Of a stretch of 64,000 bases of DNA, positions 12,064 to 21,372 are shown in pieces. Source of the DNA: Ignavibacteriota bacterium. Lineage in GTDB: Bacteria; Bacteroidota; Ignavibacteria; UBA10030; CAVZMI01. Position 1 is the first letter of the stretch; each line of letters opens with the position of its first letter. The notes beneath the pieces are model-generated. The model ran no database searches. It was not told the origin of the DNA and saw only the letters and a list, made by a program, of their open reading frames with translations. The position numbers and the translations under genes were made by a program. The stretch is from contig CAVZMI010000023.1 of NCBI GenBank assembly GCA_963776275.1, forward strand, positions 256,001-320,000, written 5' to 3'.

Positions 12064-12211
12064 GTTGATTGGTTCAACGCGAGCTTCCCAAGTCCCGCTC
12101 CGACCACACTTGCGAAGCAAGTGTGTAGTCGGAGCGAGGATCCTCGATTCGGCCACCACTCGTCCAACTTCGTTGAACTCGTGGGCCGAATCGGAACTTG
12201 AAAAACGGGTT
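12064..12211 (+). pseudogene. Partial tRNA-Gly(CCC) copy interrupted by a palindromic insertion
   Basis: GTTGATTGGTTCAACGCGAGCTTCCCAAG [insert] CTTGAAAAACGGGTT, identical to the intact tRNA at 12404. Confidence 0.85.
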
Positions 12212-12254
12212 GACTTGATACTGGGTGAAAATCAGGTATATTAATAGGGTTAAT

Positions 12255-12388
12255 GCGGGAGTAATTCAGTCGTGCCCCAACATAGTTGGGGCACGGAATG
12301 TCAGTCCCGTTCCGGTCGGACTTGCGAAGCAAGTCCGTAGCCGGAACGAGGATCCCGTCCTGACTTCGTCAGGGCGGGACTTCCCGCT
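12255..12388 (+). repeat. tRNA-Gly-like shell 2 filled with palindromes
   Basis: GCGGGAGTAATTCAGT...TTCCCGCT enclosing three hairpins. Confidence 0.65.
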
Positions 12389-12403
12389 ACCTGATAATGG
12401 TAT

Positions 12404-12474
12404 GCGGGGTTAGTTGATTGGTTCAACGCGAGCTTCCCAAGCTTGAAAAACGGGTTCGATTCCCGTACCCCGCT
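12404..12474 (+). tRNA. tRNA-Gly(CCC)
   Basis: GCGGGGT/ACCCCGC acceptor stem, CGAGC-TTCCCAA-GCTTG anticodon arm, GGTTCGATTCC T-arm. Confidence 0.9.
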
Positions 12475-12611
12475 CTTGTCAATGATGAATTACGCCTACG
12501 GCCCGTAGGGTATATTGACTTGTTCGCCAGATCCCGACCCCAACAAAGTCGGGGGGAGTAGGCGGAAGCGAAGCGTAGGCGGAATAGTGAATGTGCGGCG
12601 GAAGCCAGATA

Positions 12612-12644
12612 AGAAAAGCTCACAGGAATCCTGTGAGCTTTTCT
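12612..12644. terminator. Bidirectional terminator
   Basis: AGAAAAGCTCACAGG-AAT-CCTGTGAGCTTTTCT between convergent units. Confidence 0.85.
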
Positions 12645-12672
12645 GTTCTTTACCACCATGATGAGCTAAAAA

Positions 12673-13308
12673 TTATTTCAACAGCGACATCTTCTTTGTT
12701 TGGGTGAAATTCCCGGCCTGTATTCTGTATAAATAGATTCCGCTCGGCATATTTGTTGCCTCAAAAATTATTTCATGGTGGCCTGCGGTTTCTTCTCCAT
12801 TCACCAACGTTATTATTTCTCTACCGATGATGTTGAATACTTTTACGGTAACTAGACTTTTTTGCGGGAGATCGTATCGTATTCTCGTAGATGGATTAAA
12901 TGGATTCGGGTAATTTTGTTCCACGGTAAATCGATCGGGTCGATCGGCATTATCTTTGATGCCCGTTGCAGAATTTATTACATGTATGATGCCCGACATT
13001 CCTACGCCTCCGGGAGCGCCGTGTATGACACAGTAGTATCGAAAATCCCCGACGGATGTGAATACTCTGTCATACGTCCATGTCGAGGATTAAGCTGGTC
13101 CATTTGTAAAACTCCCGTCATCTGCCATAACATTATGGAATCCGCTCTGATTTTCCCATCGTACTGTATCTCCCACATTGATCGTCAGATTGGCAGGAGT
13201 AAACGTCATACCTGAGGCGACGACGATGTGGAGTGTCTGTGTAAGAACTGTGGCTGGAGCCACGACGGACAAAATTATTACTGCAATCATTGAAAGCGTA
13301 AGTCGCAT
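12673..13308 (-). pseudogene. Plastocyanin-like cupredoxin with T9SS C-terminal domain; in-frame TAA at 13090-13092
   Basis: FTPANLTINVGDTVRW..HNV*...YYCVIHG...GM, then QNYPNPFNPST; both ORF halves are in the same frame; AGGAGG RBS. Confidence 0.8.
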
Positions 13309-14502
13309 CGTATACCTCCTTATAAAAATTATTAATTGTAGTGGAATCCTATATGTGTGTAACAATCAAAACCGATAAACCGTTTCTTTTGAGAAATACT
13401 GATGAGGGATAATGGTCGAATACCAGGCTGTTTTGGGTAACTGTTAATACGGGATATCGGAGATCGCTCCCCTTTACATGTTCGGCTTGGGCCCCATCGT
13501 AAAGACGATTGTCCCCCCATTCTTCACTTCATCATACGAAAGGTATGCATTCTCCCGCAGTTTTCTATTCAATCGGACTGATTGAATAAAGATCCCTGTC
13601 GGAGTCGGGACCAATCTGGATCATCCCGAATGGTGCAACAGCGGCTGGATAGATATCCCCTCACCCTGCGTTCCCACAAAAGGACGGATATAATCAACCG
13701 GTGAATGTTTATCGTTAAAATTCTTTTCTGTATTTTCATCAGCTTAATTAAACCCAAAGGGAGGTGTCGTTGTCAAAACCAGAAGAGACTTTGGAAAGAT
13801 ATCTCATCGCCAATTGTCCATCAGAAATCTCCTTCTTTTACGAAACAGGTAAGACTTTTTCATGAGTGACATTGGTAGAAGTATTATCAGATTATAGCGT
13901 CATTGAAGGTGGTGGAAGATAGTGAAATTTCATGTGGCGTTAAAGATGTGATGTGGCCAGCCTTTCATTGTGGCAATTTGATGAATTCCGTGGGAGTTCC
14001 TTCCGCGGACTTGCTTTTCGGAATAATTTCATTTATCTTTTCTCGCACTCATAGAAAGAGGATGGAGCTATACATTTGCGATAGGGGGTGGTTTCCCTCC
14101 CATGGAACTTGCATTCTGTCAGCTCGAGATAATTTGGGAAAATAGGCGGGCAAATTTGGAATACAGTGCTCGATCGAAACAATACCCGAAGAACATACAA
14201 ATCTCAATTTTCCCCGAGATGAGGTTAACCGGTTTTTCGATGGAGAGTTCAACCGTTGCCGAGACGTTGTAGAATGAAAGTGTCTCTGCAATAAAAACCT
14301 TTGCCCGGAACCATCCTGTTCGAAATGGGCTTCAATCTGTGGAGTGTTATTAAAGTGGGGCACTTCTTTACGGGTTTATTTGTTATAATTTTTAGTTCCC
14401 GGAAGTGTTTACATGAATGGCTGACAAAGTCCTCTTCTATGATTCAGTAACCAATATGCGAAAAACATTAAACCATCAATACAGATAGGAAGTCTAATTT
14501 CT

Positions 14503-14811
14503 ATGCAGTACAACCGTTATTATAGTAATCCGCGGGGAAGACGCGAAGGAAACACTGCACCAAAGCATGTACGGCGGTACACCGCAACAGTGGGTGAAAC
14601 TTCATTTGTCCGCAATTCGCCTAACGTATACACTCACGTTGTCGTCGGACGAAAGGGAATAACACCGCTTGAAGTGCTTAAATGGTGTAACTCTGGAACT
14701 CAGGCCAACTCCGAAGCAGATATCCGCATCAAAGCCGGTTATGCCAACGTCCAGGTCGTCGAAGTCGTCGCTTCGGCGTATAAGAAAGAGTTCTTCCCGG
14801 ATAAAAAGTAA
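14503..14811 (+). CDS. Hypothetical basic protein
   Basis: 102-aa ORF, protein-like composition, GGAAG upstream. Confidence 0.6.
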   Translation: MQYNRYYSNPRGRREGNTAPKHVRRYTATVGETSFVRNSPNVYTHVVVGRKGITPLEVLKWCNSGTQANSEADIRIKAGYANVQVVEVVASAYKKEFFPDKK

Positions 14812-15003
14812 GTTTTTGCTTTTTAACTTCGATGGAACATCCTGACGAGAAGGGCATCAGGAATGTTCTGGGAAGGAACAGCATATCCAAAGTAATCTCG
14901 CCGGCCGAGTGAGACTTCCAGGAGGTGTAACTTTCTCGTTTCTCTTCCGTAGAATTCATTATTAAACCTCCGATTATCCATTTATTATTAAAGAGTACGG
15001 GAA

Positions 15004-15963
15004 TTGAAAACATTCTATCTGATCTGTGTATTTTCCCTTTTTGTGAATATTATAAGCGCACAAACTTCGCTGCAGGACGGCATCAAGCTTCTCGAGAAAA
15101 AGGAGTATGATCAGGCACGAAGTGTTTTTGAGACCATTCTGAAAAGTGACAATAACAATGCCGAAGCACATATACTTCTCGGCCGGTTGCTCATGGGATA
15201 CTATAGGAATTTCGATGATGCCGAAGAACATCTTGAAAAGGCAGTTGAGCTGGACGGTGGAAATGCCGAGTATCACTGGTATCTTGGAAATGTCTATGGT
15301 GCACAAGCGCAGGTGGCAGGTTTTTTTTCAAAGATATCGTATGCAAAAAAGTTGAAAACCGAATTTATCAAGGCGGTAGAGTTAAATCCTGACGATATCC
15401 GTTTCAGGGAATCACTAATGGTATACTACCTGAGGGCGCCAGGAATTATTGGTGGGAGTGTTGAGAAAGCGAAGGAACAGGCGAAGGAAATGATGCGAAT
15501 AAATGCCTGCTCCGGACATTTTGCCTATGCGCAGATTGCAATCTATGAGAAGAATTCCGGATGGGCTGAACAGGAATTAAAGCAGGCAATACAGGCCGAA
15601 CCTAATAATTGGAGACCATATCACCGCCTCGGTTATCTCTACGTTGAACAAAAACGGTACGATGAGGCAATTGCACAATTCCAACGGTATGTGACTCTCG
15701 CTCCGGACGATGCCAACAGCTATGATAGTCTGGGAGAAGGATATTTCTATAAGGGGGATTTCAGCGCTGCCATCCCACAGTTTCAGAAAGCTCTTTCTGT
15801 AAATCCGAAATTCGGATCTTCACTCTATAACCTCGGCCGGTCCTTTGAGAAAAATAATAACAAAAATGAAGCACTGAAGAACTACAGGAAATATCTTGAG
15901 GTCGAGCCTGAAGGTCAATATGCCGATGAAGTAGAGAAAAAAGTTAAAGAACTCTCGGAATGA
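15004..15963 (+). CDS. Secreted TPR-repeat protein
   Basis: Signal peptide and multiple TPR motifs. Confidence 0.9.
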   Translation: MKTFYLICVFSLFVNIISAQTSLQDGIKLLEKKEYDQARSVFETILKSDNNNAEAHILLGRLLMGYYRNFDDAEEHLEKAVELDGGNAEYHWYLGNVYGAQAQVAGFFSKISYAKKLKTEFIKAVELNPDDIRFRESLMVYYLRAPGIIGGSVEKAKEQAKEMMRINACSGHFAYAQIAIYEKNSGWAEQELKQAIQAEPNNWRPYHRLGYLYVEQKRYDEAIAQFQRYVTLAPDDANSYDSLGEGYFYKGDFSAAIPQFQKALSVNPKFGSSLYNLGRSFEKNNNKNEALKNYRKYLEVEPEGQYADEVEKKVKELSE

Positions 15964-15988
15964 TTATACGAACGATCGGATAGATACA

Positions 15989-16348
15989 CTATTTTATCTC
16001 CTGATACTCTGCAGGGATATGAAGGTTCTTGATAATTTGCATAACTTCACGGACAAATGCACATTCGCATTTGGTGGGACAGCTGTGAAGGTTGGACTCG
16101 TGGAGGCAATACCCGGGACAGTCAGAATCTCCGGTTTTGCGGTTCGTGAATATGGGACCGTGATACAGATCGAAAAATTTGCCGGCTTTAACGGCAAGTG
16201 TCGTTCTGCAGGAATGATTGAAGAGAAATAATCCCACTCGCAGGTGATTGAAATTCACCTGATACCCGATAAGCGTGAGCGACGGATCAGCGAGAAATTT
16301 ACTACGCGTTTCCCATGTTGTTTTACATAATGGACAGGTCTTAAACAA
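15989..16348 (-). CDS. Cys-rich hypothetical protein, probably metal-binding
   Basis: CPLC, HSC, CPGYC, CPTKCEC. Confidence 0.7.
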   Translation of the reverse strand: MFKTCPLCKTTWETRSKFLADPSLTLIGYQVNFNHLRVGLFLFNHSCRTTLAVKAGKFFDLYHGPIFTNRKTGDSDCPGYCLHESNLHSCPTKCECAFVREVMQIIKNLHIPAEYQEIK

Positions 16349-16501
16349 TGTGCTATGCCCCGTGAAGTAACTTCTTCTTTATTCTCACAACGGAATATTT
16401 AGCAGGGAAGTTCCTGCCCCCGAGCTCATATCTGCCCATCTCCGTTTATTATATATTGTGAAATATCGCCGAAATATTGTAAATCTGAAACTCGAACTGG
16501 G

Positions 16502-17008
16502 CTATGGCAACTCAATTTCCTTTGGATCGTCCGGATATTCGGTGATTTTCCATTCTTCCTGATCGGTGTTAAAGCCCGTTTGGGCCAGATTGACTTTTAA
16601 ATATTTTCCGGATCCTTCGGCCGCCACCGTTCCGTCTTTAAGCAAGATTTTTCCTTCACCTTCGAATAATCGTCCACGGTCATTGGTAATCTGTCCGACG
16701 ACTCGTATTGGTTGATCGATAGGGATGTTTTTCTTGAAGCGAACTGTAATCTCGGCAGTAAATCCCCAGTAGTCTTTATGTTCTCTTATCATGATGGCGC
16801 GTCCGATCGTCTCGTCGAGAAGTGCGGAGGCGATACCTCCATGCAGTATATTCGGATAGCCCTGATGTTCCGGCAATGCTTTGAAGATGCCTACGAGCTG
16901 GCCGTTTTCAAGCTCGTAAAACCCGCCATGGAGACCCACGGGATTTTTCAAACCGCAGACAATACACATTTTCGAGTTGTGGTGTTTTGCTATTACTCTG
17001 TACTTCAT
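16502..17008 (-). CDS. PaaI/hotdog-fold thioesterase
   Basis: CIVCG..NP.GL, HGGIASALLDE. Confidence 0.9.
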   Translation of the reverse strand: MKYRVIAKHHNSKMCIVCGLKNPVGLHGGFYELENGQLVGIFKALPEHQGYPNILHGGIASALLDETIGRAIMIREHKDYWGFTAEITVRFKKNIPIDQPIRVVGQITNDRGRLFEGEGKILLKDGTVAAEGSGKYLKVNLAQTGFNTDQEEWKITEYPDDPKEIELP

Positions 17009-17072
17009 CGGTTGATTCTCTCCTTTTTACTCAGTGCAGTTTTACTCAGTGCAGTAATATTTTCTTATGATA

Positions 17073-17402
17073 TCAGTCAACAATAAATAACCTCGCTCCA
17101 ATTTCCGTCGATGACCGGTGTGGATAGATATCGTCGGAGACCTGATAGCTTGTACCGGGAGCGAGTACGAACTCTCTTCCGTCGGCAAGCTCGGTTACTA
17201 ATTCACCTTCCAGCACTAGAAGCACATGACCGCGGGTGCACCAGTGGTCTGCGATGTACCCCGGCGTGTACTCAACCATACGCACACGGATATTCCCCAT
17301 CTCGAAGGTTCGCCAACGTGCCTCGCCCCGTAATCCCATGTGTGTTGTGGGTGTGATTGTATTCCAGTCGATTGTGCAAAATGGAACATCCTGGATTTGC
17401 AT
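17073..17402 (-). CDS. DHCW-motif cupin protein
   Basis: VEYTPGYIADHWCTRGH. Confidence 0.9.
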   Translation of the reverse strand: MQIQDVPFCTIDWNTITPTTHMGLRGEARWRTFEMGNIRVRMVEYTPGYIADHWCTRGHVLLVLEGELVTELADGREFVLAPGTSYQVSDDIYPHRSSTEIGARLFIVD

Positions 17403-17540
17403 AGTGCACCTCTTCGTACCATTAAAGCTTAACGGAAATAGTTGCTGTAAAGTAAAATAACGATAAAAAACGTATTCTATTGATACTGTTCAATCATGTA
17501 ATTGGATGTGTAACCGTATGCACGTACCCCGTCTCTGTTT

Positions 17541-18158
17541 TTACAATACTCCCAGGGCAGCAAGTCCATCCCTCATAAAAAGAAGGGCAAAAAACAACAA
17601 AAATAATCCAAGAATCCTGATGCTATATATGTAGAAAGTACTCTTAAGAAAAGCTTTCGATTTATCAGCGACGATAGCCACTATCACTTTTGAGCCAACT
17701 AAACAGATATAGAATCCAACGACGAAACAAATTGCAGATAAAACATTATTATTATAGGCATTCAAGACAGTCGGAGCGCCAACCGCGAACCAGAATATAT
17801 AAGGATGTGGACTCAGGATGTTTGTCATCACCCCTTTCCGAAGAGAATGCGGCTGAATCGCTTGAACATTCTGTGTCGGTGGCTTAGCCGTGAAGTTTTC
17901 ATATGCCAAATATCCGAGAAACAACGCGCCAAAGATTGAAATGATCCCTGCAACCAGATGAATGCCGGATATTGTGGTAAAAAGAAAAATTGTTATAAAC
18001 ACGATCGGTATATCTGTAATCAGGGGTGCAAACGCTATTGTGATTCCCGCTTTTCTATTATGATGGAGAGTCTCTGAAATTAACAGGGTCAGCAGAGGTC
18101 CGGGAGACAGACCGGCGGTCAATCCGAACACAATTCCAGAAATCATAAAGTGGATCAA
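17541..18158 (-). CDS. LysE-family translocator
   Basis: GLSPGP, NILSPHPYIFW; TTG start after AGGAGG. Confidence 0.85.
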   Translation of the reverse strand: MIHFMISGIVFGLTAGLSPGPLLTLLISETLHHNRKAGITIAFAPLITDIPIVFITIFLFTTISGIHLVAGIISIFGALFLGYLAYENFTAKPPTQNVQAIQPHSLRKGVMTNILSPHPYIFWFAVGAPTVLNAYNNNVLSAICFVVGFYICLVGSKVIVAIVADKSKAFLKSTFYIYSIRILGLFLLFFALLFMRDGLAALGVL

Positions 18159-18566
18159 GTATGCTTTATGCCTCCTACTCTTTCTGCAAAAAATATCCTT
18201 AATCAACGAAATTGCAGTTTCAAATGCAATACAGTCGTATCGAACGGATTATTCAATGAGGGAACAGAATTGGAATCATGATCGCTTGCTGGAAGCTCTG
18301 AAGTTCTGTCCACCGAGTAATCTCGTACTCACGCTCCCTGATGTATAGGCGATGTCGACATTGAGACGGAAGTGCTGCACGTTCATCCTGATATGACATC
18401 ACCTCTTATATATTTCGATACGCCTTAGGCGTACTCAGGACAAGTATCGATATGACTTTTGGGGATTGAGTTTAAAATGTAATAATTATTTTCTTTTTGG
18501 ATAGTCCCAGTCGCAGGTACAGTCTCATCCATGAAAATATTTTAATTCGATATTTGTAAAAATAGA

Positions 18567-18615
18567 TTGACAGCCGCAGAATATTTATGTATATTTATTT
18601 CGATAAATGTCGAAA
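18567..18615 (+). promoter_or_regulatory. Promoter with an adjacent palindromic operator (likely ArsR autorepression)
   Basis: TTGACA-N17-TATATT followed by TTTCGA-N6-TCGAAA. Confidence 0.7.
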
Positions 18616-18633
18616 CATAATGGATAAAAATTT

Positions 18634-19593
18634 ATGGATTTCAAAGAGCGGATTAGTATTTTAAAAGCCCTTTCCGACGGTACCCGGTTAATGCTGGTGA
18701 ATGCATTACTTGAAAAGCCGCATTGTGTGGAGGATCTAGCCCAACGGCTGCGACGGGCGCCATCGACCATTTCTTTCCACCTGCGGAAACTGGAAGAAGC
18801 CGGACTAGTATCCAAAACAAAAACGCAATACTATTTGATGTATGAGTTGCGATTGGATCTTCTCCAGATGAATCTCAGGGATTTTATTGCCATTCCGGTA
18901 GATGGAGAGAGTCCGGAACAAAAGCGCATGCAGCGATACCGGGAAAAAGTTGCGCGCACTTTTATCCGGAATCAGGCGCTGATCAAAATTCCAAAACAAT
19001 GGAAAAAACGGAGGATTATCCTCGAAGAATTCCTGAAAAAGTTTGAATCCGATAAGGAATATCGGGAAAATGAAGTCAATGAGAGAATCATGACCCTGTA
19101 TCCGGACTACTGCACAATCCGACGGATGTTAATTGATGAGGGATACATGAGCCGGCAGGGACAAATATACAGAGTTGAAAAAAAGGAAGAGGTAAAGGAA
19201 AAGATGAAGGAGAAAATAATGTCAAAACGCGCAGATATAAAAAGGGAATACAAACAAATCCCGCGGCAAGCCGGGATTTATCAAATCAAGAATACTGTCA
19301 ATGGAAAGGTGTTTCTTGGCAGCAGCACAAACCTCCACGGTCCGTTAAATAGAGATAAATTTATGCTTTCGACCGGAATGCATAAAAATGAACAGCTCCA
19401 GAAAGATTGGAAGGAATTCGGTCCCGACGCATTTTCATTCGATATTCTCGAGATTGTTCAACAAAAAGACGATCCAAATTTTTCACTTGAAGATGAGTTG
19501 ACACTTCTAGAACAAATCTGGATTGAAAAGCTTCAACCTTTTGGAGAGCATGGGTATAATAAGATAGCAAAAATCCGTGAGGCATATATGTAA
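18634..19593 (+). CDS. ArsR HTH + DUF2087 + GIY-YIG-like protein; possibly two genes, the second starting at 19219
   Basis: KALSDGTR..TISFHLRKL; YRENEVNE..DYCTIRRMLID; AGIYQIKN..GKVFLGSS. Confidence 0.85.
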   Translation: MDFKERISILKALSDGTRLMLVNALLEKPHCVEDLAQRLRRAPSTISFHLRKLEEAGLVSKTKTQYYLMYELRLDLLQMNLRDFIAIPVDGESPEQKRMQRYREKVARTFIRNQALIKIPKQWKKRRIILEEFLKKFESDKEYRENEVNERIMTLYPDYCTIRRMLIDEGYMSRQGQIYRVEKKEEVKEKMKEKIMSKRADIKREYKQIPRQAGIYQIKNTVNGKVFLGSSTNLHGPLNRDKFMLSTGMHKNEQLQKDWKEFGPDAFSFDILEIVQQKDDPNFSLEDELTLLEQIWIEKLQPFGEHGYNKIAKIREAYM

Positions 19594-19655
19594 TGATGAC
19601 TTGCAAATTGTGATATCGTTTCGTAATTTGATGATGGAACATGGCAGTTTGTATG

Positions 19656-19745
19656 GGGCGGTTAGTCCCATCCCGACATACTTTACCGAAGATAAAGTAT
19701 AGGTCGGGAGGCGGATCCCGCTCCGCTCTTGGGAGCGGGACTCAG
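19656..19745 (+). repeat. 5' fragment of tRNA-Val split by a palindromic insertion
   Basis: GGGCGGTTAG [TCCCATCCCGAC...GGGAGCGGGA] CTCAG. Confidence 0.75.
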
Positions 19746-19768
19746 TAAAACGCTAAGATTCTTTCCTC

Positions 19769-19843
19769 GGGCGGTTAGCTCAGCTGGTTCAGAGCGCCTG
19801 CCTTACAAGCAGGAGGTCACTGGTTCGATCCCAGTACTGCCCA
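19769..19843 (+). tRNA. tRNA-Val(TAC)
   Basis: GGGCGGTTAGCTCAGCTGG...CCTGC-CTTACAA-GCAGG...GGTTCGATCCC. Confidence 0.95.
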
Positions 19844-19965
19844 CGACGAAAAAGAACTATCAGATGGCTTTTGGTAAGGAAAAATTAGAAATTAAAAAGT
19901 AAAAAGGGGAGCAGGCGGCAGAACTTTAGTTCTGCAGTACTAACCTTCCGAAGGAAGGCTATGTA

Positions 19966-20062
19966 TTCGAACCCCGCCCGCTTCGCCGAGCGTCCGCCTC
20001 GCTCCGCGAGGCGGAGCGGGTCGAGCCTCGGCGAGACGGGAAGCGAGGCGAGCACCGCCCAC
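19966..20062 (+). repeat. tRNA-3'-like end split by nested GC-rich palindromes
   Basis: TTCGAACCCCG [..CGCCTCGC-TCC-GCGAGGCG..] CACCGCCCAC. Confidence 0.6.
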
Positions 20063-20285
20063 ATGTCAATAGTGAATTACGAATTGTGACCTGTCCGCTG
20101 GAACGAAGTGAAGGCGGAATGGTGAATATTTGAAAGGCAGGATAATGTAAGTTATCCAGTACTTTAGTGCAGGAGGTCACTGGCCTGAGGGCTTCTGCTC
20201 TAGAGTGCTTTTATATAATGCAACGGCACCACAGTAATTCGAAGTAAGGTACCGAAACAGCCCACAACAACTCTCTGGTCACCGG

Positions 20286-21209
20286 ATGGATAGAACCCTA
20301 ACCCTCATAATTTTCAATCTTTTTGTCATTGGGATGCTGGCACTTGATTTACGGGTCTTCCATCGTAAAGCTCATGCTGTGACGATGCGAGAGGCACTTG
20401 TCTGGAGTATTTTCTGGGTAGCCATTTCGCTTCTCTTCTGTTTTATGCTCTTCATCTGGGATAAACACACAACTGCATTGGAATTTCTTACCGGTTATTT
20501 AATAGAAAAGGCTCTTTCAGTCGATAATCTTTTTGTCTTCATCGTTATTTTCTCGTTTTTCAAGGTACTGCCTCATCTCCAACACCGGGTCCTTTTTTTC
20601 GGAATTCTCGGTGCTCTTTTCATGCGAGCTGCTTTTATCATTGCAGGTGCCATACTCATCTCGATGTTCCATTGGGTAATGTATATTTTTGGTTTAATCC
20701 TGCTCTTCACCGGATGGAAGATGCTTTTCGGGGCAGACGTGGAGGTCGATCCCGGCAAGAATATTATCATCAAGTTCTTTCGAAAGTTTTTTCCTGTTAC
20801 TGCAGACTATGAAGGTCAAAGATTTATCGTCCGCCGTGATAAAAGTTACTTCATAACCCCCTTGTTTCTGGTGCTCATCACGATCGAAACAAGCGATATC
20901 GTTTTTGCCGTTGATTCTATTCCCGCCATTTTTGCTATTACACAGGATCCGTTTATTGTCTATACATCGAATATCTTTGCAATACTCGGTTTACGGGCGC
21001 TATATTTTCTTCTGGCCGGGTTTATTAAGAAATTTGAGTATCTCAAAATCGGCCTTTCTTTAGTTTTACTCTATGTAGCAATCAAGATGCTTCTTGTGGA
21101 TGTGGTAAGGATTCCCATTGCTGTTTCTCTCGCAGGAGTGTTATTGATATTGACTGTCTCTGTTGTGGCATCAATCAGGAAAAAAGGCAGGAATAAATTC
21201 TCTTCATGA
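20286..21209 (+). CDS. terC: TerC/Alx-family membrane protein
   Basis: EKALSVDNLFVF, DIVFAVDSIPAIFAIT, NIFAILGLRALYF. Confidence 0.93.
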   Translation: MDRTLTLIIFNLFVIGMLALDLRVFHRKAHAVTMREALVWSIFWVAISLLFCFMLFIWDKHTTALEFLTGYLIEKALSVDNLFVFIVIFSFFKVLPHLQHRVLFFGILGALFMRAAFIIAGAILISMFHWVMYIFGLILLFTGWKMLFGADVEVDPGKNIIIKFFRKFFPVTADYEGQRFIVRRDKSYFITPLFLVLITIETSDIVFAVDSIPAIFAITQDPFIVYTSNIFAILGLRALYFLLAGFIKKFEYLKIGLSLVLLYVAIKMLLVDVVRIPIAVSLAGVLLILTVSVVASIRKKGRNKFSS

Positions 21210-21372
21210 TCCATTGATATTGAGCCATTGATTTTTTCGATTGAAGGAACTGAATCCCTGAATCGGAAATTCCGACTGAATCTGGCCTGAAAAAACAACT
21301 TCTCAACTCGGCAATCATATATCATAAAATAGAAAGATCTCGATATTCTCGTCTTTCTTTTTTGGAGTGCTT

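Noticed and set aside
12093-12196. Group I or other tRNA intron
   Set aside because: It is too short, lacks a catalytic core, and the host copy has no acceptor stem.
11652-12332. 226-aa minus-strand ORF
   Set aside because: It runs across palindromic repeats and tRNA fragments and shows no protein-like motifs.
13090-13092. Selenocysteine or pyrrolysine recoding
   Set aside because: The codon is TAA, not TGA or TAG.
13560-14400. Short ORFs in an unassigned region
   Set aside because: No frame gives a convincing protein; possibly degraded sequence.
19219-19593. Homing endonuclease of a mobile intron
   Set aside because: There is no intron context; it is a small GIY-YIG-like domain linked to an ArsR regulator.
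20184-20285. yybP-ykoY (Mn) riboswitch upstream of terC
   Set aside because: Expected from context, but I could not find the characteristic conserved motifs.
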